A DNA stretch of 32,666 bases from the NCBI RefSeq assembly GCF_036522015.1, contig NZ_DATDGQ010000050.1, positions 1-32,666 on the forward strand. The letters are read 5' to 3'. A program made the position numbers and the translations under genes. Below, piece after piece: positions 7,647 through 15,792 of this stretch. The DNA is from Candidatus Binatus sp. (GTDB lineage: Bacteria > Desulfobacterota > Binatia > Binatales > Binataceae). A model generated the notes under the pieces. The model saw nothing but the letters and a program-made list of their open reading frames with translations, was not told the origin of the DNA and did not search any database. How positions within the stretch are numbered: position 1 is the first letter of the stretch; every line of letters begins with the position of its first letter.

Positions 7647-9167
7647 TTGGGCAACGAGTACATCGAAGCGGCGCGCGTTTTTCACGAGATCACCAAGCAT
7701 TCGTACACCAGCGTGCGTTCGTCGCCGCATTTTCTGGACTGGGACAACAAGCCGCTCCCGTACAAGATTTATCCAGGCGCCGCGTCGATCCCTTTGCCGC
7801 GCGATCTGAATCTTTCCCCGACGCCGGCGCTGGCCGCGCTGTCGTCGTACGTGCCGGCTGATTTTTCAGCGCCGATCGATACGGCCTCGCTCACGCGCAT
7901 CCTGTTTTGTGCCGACGGCCTGACTCGACAGAAGCGGGTGGGCGACGACGACTATCATTTCCGCGCGGCGGCGTCGGCGGGTGCGTTATATCCAATCGAA
8001 ATTTATCTGGCTGCGGGCAGTGTGGAGGGCCTCGAGACCGGCCTCTACCATTTTTCGCCGGCCGATTTGCGGATGGCGGGGCTGCGGCGGGGCGATTGGC
8101 GCAGCTATATCGCAGACGCGGCTGCTCGCCGGCCTTCGATCTTGCGCGCGCGTGCCGTGATCGCGATGTCGGCGATCTACTGGCGCAGCGAATGGAAATA
8201 TCGCGCGCGCGCCTACCGCTACTGCTATTGGGACGCGGGCACGATTCTCGCCAATCTGCTCGCAGCGGCGGCCGCCGAGGAAATCTCCGCCGAGGTAATT
8301 ACTGCGTTCGAGGATCCGGCGCTCGAACGATTGCTCGGAATCGATGGCGATCGCGAGGGCATGGTAGCGCTGGTCGCGCTCGGGCACACCGACGAACCGG
8401 CGGCGTCATCGCCCGCGGTCGAGCCATTGACGCTGGAGACGATTCCACTTTCGTCGAACGAGGTCGCGTACCCTGACCTGGTCAAGATGCATCGCGAGTC
8501 GCGGCTGGTTTCCGCCGATGAGGTCGCGGCGGTGCTCGGCGCGAAACTGGATTCAGCTCCAACTCGATCCTTGTCGAGCACGAACGCGCTTCATCTCGAA
8601 ACCATAACGTCGGAAGAGTCCGCGGGACTTGGCGAGACGATTTTACGCCGCGGCTCGTCGCGCGCATTTGCCCAGGAAGCGATTGCCGCTGAAGAACTCG
8701 CGACGATCATGGCCGCTTCGAGCGAGCATCCGCAGGCCGACTTTCCGCCGTTGACCGACACTTATCTGATCGTCAACGCAGCCACTGGGATGGAACCCGG
8801 CGCGTACTACTACGACCGGCGGGCGCGCGCGTTCGAGCTGCTTAAACCGGGCAACTTCCGCGGTGAGGCCGGGTACCTGTGCCTTGAACAGCCGCTCGGG
8901 ATGGATTGCTCAGCGCTCGTCGTTTACATGGCCGATCTCGAGCGCGCACTTCGAGCGTTCGGAAATCGCGGCTATGGCGCCGCGCATCTCGAGGCGGGAA
9001 TTCTCGGCGGACGCGCATATCTCGCAGCGTACTCGCTCGGGCGCGGTGCGACCGGACTCACTTTTTACGACGACGACACGACCAAATTTTTCGAGCCGCA
9101 CTCTGCTGGAAAAAGTCCTCTACTGATGGTCGCGCTAGGAGTTCCGAGCTCGCGGATGAAGTCTTAA
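7647..9167 (+). CDS. SagB/ThcOx-type dehydrogenase (two nitroreductase-fold halves)
   Basis: TTG start with AGGAG 8 nt upstream. The N-terminus FHEITKHSY...NKPLPYKIYP is the typical SagB-type opening. RAAASAGALYPIE occurs in the first half, and a second nitroreductase-like half (RRGSSRAF...GYLCLEQ...HLEAGILG) follows. Confidence 0.75.
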   Translation: MGNEYIEAARVFHEITKHSYTSVRSSPHFLDWDNKPLPYKIYPGAASIPLPRDLNLSPTPALAALSSYVPADFSAPIDTASLTRILFCADGLTRQKRVGDDDYHFRAAASAGALYPIEIYLAAGSVEGLETGLYHFSPADLRMAGLRRGDWRSYIADAAARRPSILRARAVIAMSAIYWRSEWKYRARAYRYCYWDAGTILANLLAAAAAEEISAEVITAFEDPALERLLGIDGDREGMVALVALGHTDEPAASSPAVEPLTLETIPLSSNEVAYPDLVKMHRESRLVSADEVAAVLGAKLDSAPTRSLSSTNALHLETITSEESAGLGETILRRGSSRAFAQEAIAAEELATIMAASSEHPQADFPPLTDTYLIVNAATGMEPGAYYYDRRARAFELLKPGNFRGEAGYLCLEQPLGMDCSALVVYMADLERALRAFGNRGYGAAHLEAGILGGRAYLAAYSLGRGATGLTFYDDDTTKFFEPHSAGKSPLLMVALGVPSSRMKS

Positions 9168-9237
9168 GCAGCCGACTCCGTCCGGCTATGTTCACCTGAT
9201 TCGATCTGGCTATTCTTTCGCAGAGGTTGATACCCGC

Positions 9238-10314
9238 ATGAATCTGCCTGAGTTCCAGAATTTGGACTTGAGCATCGCTCGAGCCCGAATTGCTCTGTCG
9301 CTCATCGCGATGCTGTCCCTGTACGTCGATCCGAGCACCGCGGGTGGCCTGTTCCACCTGAACGCTTATGCGTTGACAACCCTGCTGTGCCATTTAGCGT
9401 ACAGCGTGGGAATGTATGCCGCGCTCAGCCGCCGATATGCGGACTGGAATCTTCAGCTGCTTTCAACCTGCTTCGACCTGTTCTTCGCGACCGCGGTCGC
9501 ATTTATAACTGAAGGGCAAACCAGCGCTTCGTACGTATTCTTTGTCTTCGCGATTATCGCCGCCGGAAACCGCGCCAAGTCGCGCCCGATAGCAACCGTG
9601 ACGGTTTGCAGCGTCGCGCTCTACTTGCTGGTGATAATTCTGACCCAGGGAATTACCAGCGTTTACGATATGCGAGCGGTCTACCTTGCGATCGCAGGAT
9701 ATTTGATCGGCTTCTTCTCGCAGCAACGCGCGTTGTTTGAGGCCGAGGTACGCGAGCTCGAAACCCGCACCGAGCGACAATCGATCGCCCGCTCATTGCA
9801 CGACGGCTACGTGCAGGCACTCGCCGGAGTAAATTTGCGCCTCGAGACCTGCCGCGCGCTGCTGAACCGGAATCGTCCGCAAGACGCGCTCACGGAAATC
9901 ACCGATCTGCAAGCCGGCGTCGCGCGCGAGTACGACGCCGTCCGAATCTATCTGCGCTCTCTCGCCGGCATCGAACAAAGACCCGCCGCGGAATTCGCCG
10001 CGCGAACTTCTGATCCAAGCTTTGAAGTTCGAGCCGCGTTCAGTGGTGGCAGTCTCCTCGGCGAGCATATACTGCAGATCATGCTTGAAGGCCTCCGCAA
10101 CTCCCGCAGCCATGGATTGGCGAACCTGGTAAGGATTGACGTGCGCGAGGTCGAGGACAAGGTTTCGATCACTATCGAGGACGATGGCGTCGGCTTGTCA
10201 GACTCGTCGTCGCGGCCATGGGCTATCGCCTCGAGAGTCGCGGAGCTGGAAGGGCACATGAGCATGCACAGCGACGGCAGCACGCGCTTGCAAATCGAGC
10301 TTCCTAACGGCTAG
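9238..10314 (+). CDS. membrane sensor histidine kinase, HisKA_3 (NarX/DesK-like) class
   Basis: The first ~170 aa contain about 5 hydrophobic helices with only short loops. The H-box is ERQSIARSLHDGYVQAL, the N-box LEGLRNSRSH and the G1 box EDDGVG. The G2 box is degenerate (see findings). Confidence 0.85.
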   Translation: MNLPEFQNLDLSIARARIALSLIAMLSLYVDPSTAGGLFHLNAYALTTLLCHLAYSVGMYAALSRRYADWNLQLLSTCFDLFFATAVAFITEGQTSASYVFFVFAIIAAGNRAKSRPIATVTVCSVALYLLVIILTQGITSVYDMRAVYLAIAGYLIGFFSQQRALFEAEVRELETRTERQSIARSLHDGYVQALAGVNLRLETCRALLNRNRPQDALTEITDLQAGVAREYDAVRIYLRSLAGIEQRPAAEFAARTSDPSFEVRAAFSGGSLLGEHILQIMLEGLRNSRSHGLANLVRIDVREVEDKVSITIEDDGVGLSDSSSRPWAIASRVAELEGHMSMHSDGSTRLQIELPNG

Positions 10315-10327
10315 GCGCGCGACCCCG

Positions 10328-10948
10328 ATGCGTCTCATCATCGCCGACGATCACGCTCTATTCCGCCAGGGCCTCAAGTCGCTGCTGCTGCTTCAACCCG
10401 ACACCCAGGTCGTCGCTGAAATAGAATCGTCAGACGATGTAGCTCCGGTCGTTTCTGACAGCGACAGCGACATTCTTCTGCTCGATCTGCAGATGGACCG
10501 CTGGATGATGGAAGACATCCCGCAACTCAGCCACCTGACAAATGTGATCGTGCTGACTGCGAGCGAGAGCGCCGAAAACGGAGTTAGAGCTTTGCGGCTC
10601 GGCGCCAAGGGTGTTGTGCAGAAGCGATTCGCGATCGAGACCTTGATGATGGCGGTGCGCTCTGTCGCCGACGGCCTGGTCTGGATGCCGCCAACTGTCC
10701 AAACGGAATTTGCACGACAGGAAAGTTCGAGCGGCAAGGAATTGACACGGCGCGAGTGCGAAATTATCCGCTACGTCGCCTCTGGCATGAGGAATATAGA
10801 AGTCGGCGAACGGCTCTCGATAACCGAGAGCACAGTCAAAACTCACCTCGATAATATTTTTCAAAAACTCGGCTTGCGTGATCGTCTCGAACTCACGCAT
10901 TACGCGATCAAGACAGGAATGGTCGCGGTGCTCGATCACAATCGTTGA
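10328..10948 (+). CDS. NarL/LuxR-family response regulator (REC + LuxR HTH)
   Basis: It has the acidic pocket IIADDH, the phospho-acceptor context ILLLDLQMD, VIVLTAS and GAKGVVQK. The C-terminal LTRRECEIIRYVASGMRNIEVGERLSITESTVKTHLDNIFQKLG is a LuxR-type HTH. There is no AAA+/sigma-54 interaction domain. Confidence 0.9.
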   Translation: MRLIIADDHALFRQGLKSLLLLQPDTQVVAEIESSDDVAPVVSDSDSDILLLDLQMDRWMMEDIPQLSHLTNVIVLTASESAENGVRALRLGAKGVVQKRFAIETLMMAVRSVADGLVWMPPTVQTEFARQESSSGKELTRRECEIIRYVASGMRNIEVGERLSITESTVKTHLDNIFQKLGLRDRLELTHYAIKTGMVAVLDHNR

Positions 10949-11148
10949 CCAGCGGTTCCGCTCGGCAGTGATGCACGTATGACAGGCATCGCCGGTCGAT
11001 GAGGCATGGTCATTTTCAATCGAATTTCTCGCGTCAGCAAAAATAACTGCTAGTTGACGAAAATTTGAAACCTATGGTGGATCGCTCACTCCATCGATAG
11101 GTCTACAAATTGATTCATCGTCGGATGGACTCCCGATCATCCGCGTCG

Positions 11149-11164
11149 AGGCATACGTCTTGCT
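11149..11164 (+). promoter_or_regulatory. sigma-54 (-24/-12) promoter candidate upstream of amt1
   Basis: aGGCATacgtcTTGCt compared with the consensus TGGCAC-N5-TTGCW. The GG and GC dinucleotides have the exact consensus spacing. The site lies 91 nt upstream of ATG 11255. Confidence 0.55.
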
Positions 11165-11254
11165 CCAAGAACAAGCGGCGCGATCATGCGTCCGTCGCGC
11201 CGCGCGGAGGCGCGCAGGCCAACGCCAAAAATCTACTTTGGAGGGAGACGATCG

Positions 11255-12811
11255 ATGTACTCAGGAGCAACGGGATTGTGGGACAGAATCCGCGAGAGCT
11301 GGCGAGACCCGATGGTCCGCCGCAATGCGGGTTACCTGATGGCCGGCAAGATGATCGGGCTTGGGCTCGTACTTCTGCTGATTTCGAAATGGTACCTGCC
11401 TGCGACGGCCTACGCAGACGCTGCGCCGGCGCTGCCGCCACCGCAAGTCAACGCGATCAACACCGTCTGGACGCTGGTCGCCGCTTACCTGGTTTTCTGC
11501 ATGCAGGTCGGCTTCGTCATGCTCGAGTCGGGATTCGCCCGTTCGCGTGAGACGGTAAACATCCTGGTCGAAGGAATCGCCGACACCTGCATCTGTGGCG
11601 TGACCTTCTGGTTGTGGGGCTTTGCCTTCATGTTCTGCCCGGGGACGCCGTGGATCGGCACCACCGGCTTCATGCTGCACGGCCTCGCGCCGACCTACGG
11701 CACCACCGGCGTGCCGCTGCTCGCGTACTGGGTCTTCCAGTATGCGTTCGCCGACACCTGCTCGACGGTCACCTCGGGCGCAATGATCGGTCGCTGCGAC
11801 TTCATCGGCGACCTGCTCTACAGCGTCGGCGTGACAGGCTTCATCTACCCAATCATCGGACACTGGGCATGGGGTCCGGACGGATGGCTGGCGAATCTGA
11901 ACCCGGTCAACTTCCACGACTTCGCGGGCTCGACGGTTGTGCACACGATCGGCGGGACGATCTCGCTGGCGGGCGCAATCGCCCTCGGACCTCGGCTCGG
12001 CCGCGTGTTCACACGTGATGGCGGTGAGCCGATGAAACCGCATGACCTTATCATCGGCGCAACCGGTGGACTCATCCTGTGGTTCGGATGGTACGGATTC
12101 AACCCGGGCAGCACGCTGTCCGCGATGGACGCCCAAGGCATCGGCCGCGTCTCGTTCAACACGACGATCGCCGCATGCTCGGCCGGCCTGACCTCGCTTT
12201 TTTACTCATACTACAAGGCCGGCAAATGGGATCTCGCGCTGACGGTTAACGGATTCCTGGCCGGCCTGGTCGCAATTACCTGCCCCTGCTACTGGGTCGA
12301 TCCAGAAGGCGCGTTCCTGCTCGGAATCGGCGCTGGAATCGTAGTGGTCTGGGGCATCGACCTGCTCGAATACCTGCGCATCGATGATCCGATCGGTGCC
12401 GTCCCGGTGCATATGATCGCAGGAATCTGGGGCACGCTCTCGCTGGGGCTCTTCGCCGCCGGCAAGTACGGTGCTCCTACAGCGACCGGAGCGGACACCA
12501 GCAGCGTCGTGACCGGCCTCTTCTACGGCGGCGGCATGGGCGTGTTGAAAGCGCAAATGATCGGCAGCTTTTCGATCACGATCGCGACGTTCGTGGCCTC
12601 GATGGCCTTGATGTATGCGGTCAAGTACGGCTTCAGACTGCGCATTCCGACCGAGGGCGAAATCGAAGGGCTCGACCTGAGCGAGCACGGCTTCCCCGCA
12701 TATCCGGAATACGTTGTCACCGGTGACGACGGTTGCCCGAAGTCGATCGACGATGTACCTGTCGGCAGACGCACCCTGGCACGGCCGTCCAAAGCCAGGA
12801 AGGTCGCTTAG
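11255..12811 (+). CDS. amt: ammonium transporter (Amt/MEP/Rh family), paralogue 1, with a C-terminal extension
   Basis: This is the in-frame portion of ORF 11186..12811 starting MYSGATGLW, with GGAGGGA 7 nt upstream. Amt hallmarks are AAYLVFCMQVGFVMLESGFARSRETVNIL, DFAGSTVVHTIGG, FGWYGFNPGS and PVHMIAGIWGTLSLGLFA. The conserved C-terminal region is EGEIEGLDLSEHG. Confidence 0.9.
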   Translation: MYSGATGLWDRIRESWRDPMVRRNAGYLMAGKMIGLGLVLLLISKWYLPATAYADAAPALPPPQVNAINTVWTLVAAYLVFCMQVGFVMLESGFARSRETVNILVEGIADTCICGVTFWLWGFAFMFCPGTPWIGTTGFMLHGLAPTYGTTGVPLLAYWVFQYAFADTCSTVTSGAMIGRCDFIGDLLYSVGVTGFIYPIIGHWAWGPDGWLANLNPVNFHDFAGSTVVHTIGGTISLAGAIALGPRLGRVFTRDGGEPMKPHDLIIGATGGLILWFGWYGFNPGSTLSAMDAQGIGRVSFNTTIAACSAGLTSLFYSYYKAGKWDLALTVNGFLAGLVAITCPCYWVDPEGAFLLGIGAGIVVVWGIDLLEYLRIDDPIGAVPVHMIAGIWGTLSLGLFAAGKYGAPTATGADTSSVVTGLFYGGGMGVLKAQMIGSFSITIATFVASMALMYAVKYGFRLRIPTEGEIEGLDLSEHGFPAYPEYVVTGDDGCPKSIDDVPVGRRTLARPSKARKVA

Positions 12812-13072
12812 GAATCTGCACGATGTGGACCGCAGCACGGAGACTTTACGGGAGTCATCCATGCGCACGGAACAAACGGGTCGGCCTCAGTCGGAATCAG
12901 CCACCGACTCGGGGCCGGCCCAGAGCTTAAAAAGTTGGGACCGGACGGTGATAAGCGCAGCGAAAAGATTTGCCACCTGCCTCGAGGCTTGCTGATGACT
13001 GCCTGATAAGCGGTTGCCTGTCGTTTAAGCAGACGCATTGCATTTTTCATCAAGATCTATTCGATTTTGAAA

Positions 13073-13088
13073 TGGCACTTTTCCTGCT
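13073..13088 (+). promoter_or_regulatory. sigma-54 (-24/-12) promoter candidate upstream of the APC permease
   Basis: TGGCACttttcCTGCt compared with TGGCAC-N5-TTGCW. The -24 hexamer is perfect and the GC of the -12 element is at the exact spacing. The site lies 86 nt upstream of ATG 13174. Confidence 0.6.
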
Positions 13089-13173
13089 TTAGGCCTCCAC
13101 ATGCTCCCGCCCGTAACGGGAGCCATACGCGTGCGGCGGGCAACCACCTCCGCCGTAAATCGAAGGAGGCAAG

Positions 13174-14844
13174 ATGGCTGAAGAACAGAAAAAGATGGTG
13201 CCGACCCTCGGCTTGACCGGAGTCACGGTCAACGCGATGGCGCTCATCGCCCCGGGAGCTTTCCTGTGGATTACATTTGTCCAACAGGCGGGTTACGCGT
13301 TTCCGTCGGGGATGGCAATGTGGGCCGGAATTTTCGTGGCGTTGATGCTCGCCTACGCCACGGCGCTTTCGTACTCAGAGCTGGCCAAACTTTATCCGGG
13401 CGCAGGCAGTTCGTATCTGTTCGCGGAACAGGCCTTCCTCAGCCGGACCAAGGCGTTCAAGTTTGCGCGTGTGGCGAAGTTCGTAATCGGATGGTCGTCG
13501 CATCTTTATTACTGGATGTATCCCGGCGTCATGGTCGCCACCATGGGCATCATGATCGGCTACATCTTCGGCACCATCGCGCCAGGAACGATGAACGCCG
13601 GAATCCCCGGTCCGGTTTTCATGGCGCTTATCGCGATCATCTTCGCGTACGCCGTTGCCTGGATCGCGTTCCAGGGCGTCAACGGTTCCACGATGGTCAA
13701 TATCGCCATCAACGGAATCCAGATCGTTGCCCTGCTGTTTTTCTCCGCGCTGGCGATTGCTTACCGCGCCGCGCATCCTGCCGGCTCGATGGGTCTTGGC
13801 CTCGATGCGAATGGCAACACTGTCGCGGCAAAGTTGGGAGAATACGTCATAGCGGGCGACCATCCGTCGCACGCCAGCGCACTCTCGGTCATTCTGCCGC
13901 ACAGGTTTGACTGGGTGATGCTGCAGGCGACGGTCGCGATTCTGCTGCTGGTCGGCTTCGAGTCGGTGACCTCACTCGGCGAGGAAGCGATCAACCCCAA
14001 GAAAGACATCCCGCGCGGCGTTCTGCTGTCGCTGACGATCCAGGGGCTGTTCTGCTACCTGATCGAATATTTCGCCGCCAACTATTTCCTGAACAGCGCA
14101 TACAGTCTAGCGGAGGCCAAAGGCTCGGCGGCCCCCCTCGGCGACATGATGACAATTATCGGCAACGCGCTGCTCGGCGGACACGGCACGGCGTTCATGT
14201 TGATGGAAGCGCTGACTGTTTTCCTGGCGCTGATCGGCACGACGCTTTCCTGCATCAACACCGGCGCGCGCGTGACCTACGCGATGGGCCGCGACGAGGA
14301 AGTGCCCGAGCACTTCGGCTTGCTGCACGGCGAAAACCTGACCCCGCATCGCGCTATCTGGGTGCTCGCGACCATCTCTGCCGTACTGGGCGCATACGCT
14401 GCGCTGTTCTACTTCGCCGGCGGCTCGGCGCCTGATGACAAGACGATTGCGACTCTGCCGCACAATATGTGGTACGCGATGGGGATGAGTTCAAACGCGT
14501 CGCTGTCGGCGTTGCCCAACGGCTTGCTGCTGGTGACGCTGACGTCGAACTTCGGAACGTTCCTGCTCTACGGGTTGACGAACATTGTGTGTATCGTCGC
14601 CTACTCCGAGCGGCACGAGTTCCACGGCTTCAAGCACATGGTGGTGCCGATATTCGGCGCGATTGCGAACTTCGCCTGCCTCGCGTTCTACATCATCGGA
14701 CCACTGGAGGGACTCGGCAGTGTGAAGGAACCGCTGATGGCGGTCGCTATCTCGGTGATTTGGGGCGTTTACGGCGCCTGGTACTTCATCCGCAATTCGA
14801 AGAAGAAGGGTAAGGAAACGATTCTCGTAACCAAGCCGGCCTGA
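13174..14844 (+). CDS. APC-superfamily permease (amino acid / polyamine / organocation transporter); substrate unknown
   Basis: 556 aa with at least 12 predicted hydrophobic helices and an APC-type N-terminal block LSYSELAKLYPGAGSSYLFAEQAF. GAAGGAGG lies 5 nt upstream of the ATG. Confidence 0.8.
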   Translation: MAEEQKKMVPTLGLTGVTVNAMALIAPGAFLWITFVQQAGYAFPSGMAMWAGIFVALMLAYATALSYSELAKLYPGAGSSYLFAEQAFLSRTKAFKFARVAKFVIGWSSHLYYWMYPGVMVATMGIMIGYIFGTIAPGTMNAGIPGPVFMALIAIIFAYAVAWIAFQGVNGSTMVNIAINGIQIVALLFFSALAIAYRAAHPAGSMGLGLDANGNTVAAKLGEYVIAGDHPSHASALSVILPHRFDWVMLQATVAILLLVGFESVTSLGEEAINPKKDIPRGVLLSLTIQGLFCYLIEYFAANYFLNSAYSLAEAKGSAAPLGDMMTIIGNALLGGHGTAFMLMEALTVFLALIGTTLSCINTGARVTYAMGRDEEVPEHFGLLHGENLTPHRAIWVLATISAVLGAYAALFYFAGGSAPDDKTIATLPHNMWYAMGMSSNASLSALPNGLLLVTLTSNFGTFLLYGLTNIVCIVAYSERHEFHGFKHMVVPIFGAIANFACLAFYIIGPLEGLGSVKEPLMAVAISVIWGVYGAWYFIRNSKKKGKETILVTKPA

Positions 14845-14877
14845 TCCCGAACGAGCTGGTCTGGCGAATAAATCCCT

Positions 14878-14912
14878 GGGGCGAGCCGCGAGCAATCGCG
14901 GCCCGCCCTTTG
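14878..14912 (+). terminator. rho-independent terminator after the APC permease
   Basis: GGGCG-a-GCCGCGA-gcaa-TCGCGGC-c-CGCCC followed by TTT. Confidence 0.6.
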
Positions 14913-14964
14913 GCCGTTGAACGGACTTGACTCGCGAGCGTGTTAGCTGGGTAGTTCACTGCAA

Positions 14965-15792
14965 ATGGATTCGCCGCCCTCCGCTCCTCCTTCGGTGGAG
15001 CAGGCTTTCGAGCTGGCGCTGTTGTCCGACGTCGGTACGACGCGCCCTGACAATGAAGACTCGTGTGGGCATTTCATCGAGAGTCCCGAGAGCGCGGTGT
15101 TCGCGGTTGCCGACGGCGTCGGCGGCTACGAAGGCGGCGAGGTCGCCAGCCGGATGGCGATCGACATCTTGCTCGAGGCGTACCGCGAGAGCCCGCCGGA
15201 TTGGGGCGCCGCCAAGCGGCTCTATCGCGCGATCACGCGGGCCAACATCGGGATCCACGACAAGGCGCTGACCGTGCCGGAACTGTCGCGCATGGCCACT
15301 ACCATGACCGCGGTCGCCGTCGAGAAAGGAATCCTGTCGGCGGTGCACATCGGAGATTGCCGGTTGCATTTGATTCGTCATAGCCAAATCTCGGTGGTCA
15401 CCAAAGATCACACAATGGTCGCCGACAAGGTTCGGATGGGCGTAATGACGGCCGCGCGCGCCAAAACTCATCCCGAGCGCGGAATGCTCCTGCGCAGTCT
15501 CGGACGCGAGTTGATAGCTTCGATCGATCGAATCACGATGCCGCTGTTCGAGCGCGACCGGCTGATATTGTGCAGCGACGGACTATACAACACGCTCGAG
15601 GACAAGGAACTCGAATCGCTCTCGCGCGACGTTGACGCGGAGACTGCATGCCGCAAGCTGATCGATACCGCCAACCAGCGCGGCACGCACGATAACCTGA
15701 CCTGCGCAGTCTTCAGAATGACCACGCACACGGGGCATACGCTGGCCACCGGCGGATGGCGCGAGCGCCTGCGCGGACTGTTCCGGAGATGA
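14965..15792 (+). CDS. PP2C-family Ser/Thr protein phosphatase (cytoplasmic)
   Basis: PPM motifs appear in order: RPDNEDS, FAVADGVGG, HIGDCR, LCSDGL and GTHDNLT. Confidence 0.9.
   Translation: MDSPPSAPPSVEQAFELALLSDVGTTRPDNEDSCGHFIESPESAVFAVADGVGGYEGGEVASRMAIDILLEAYRESPPDWGAAKRLYRAITRANIGIHDKALTVPELSRMATTMTAVAVEKGILSAVHIGDCRLHLIRHSQISVVTKDHTMVADKVRMGVMTAARAKTHPERGMLLRSLGRELIASIDRITMPLFERDRLILCSDGLYNTLEDKELESLSRDVDAETACRKLIDTANQRGTHDNLTCAVFRMTTHTGHTLATGGWRERLRGLFRR

Noticed and set aside
7545-9237. RiPP precursor peptide or YcaO partner for the SagB-like gene
   Set aside because: The flanking spacers (7545..7646 and 9168..9237) are too short and contain no Cys/Ser/Thr-rich small ORF. No cyclodehydratase-like gene lies nearby.
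11186-11254. Upstream extension of amt1 (MRPSRRAEARRPTPKIYFGGRRS)
   Set aside because: It has no SD and would start only 22 nt after the sigma-54 -12 element. ATG 11255 has GGAGGGA at the ideal distance.
12860-12994. 44-codon ORF (MRTEQTGRPQSESATDSGPAQSLKSWDRTVISAAKRFATCLEAC) with GGGAG 6 nt upstream, in the amt1-permease spacer
   Set aside because: GC3 is only about 65% and it uses rare TTA, ATA and AGA codons, unlike neighbouring genes. It overlaps the large hairpin at 12883..12916 and has no recognisable domain. I cannot support it without conservation or ribosome-profiling data.
13089-13176. Known riboswitch class (glutamine, guanidine-I/II/III) in the permease leader
   Set aside because: The hairpin loops (cccgtaa, gcaaccacct) do not match the ACGR loops of mini-ykkC or any other consensus I can recall. 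I kept it only as a generic structured-leader observation.
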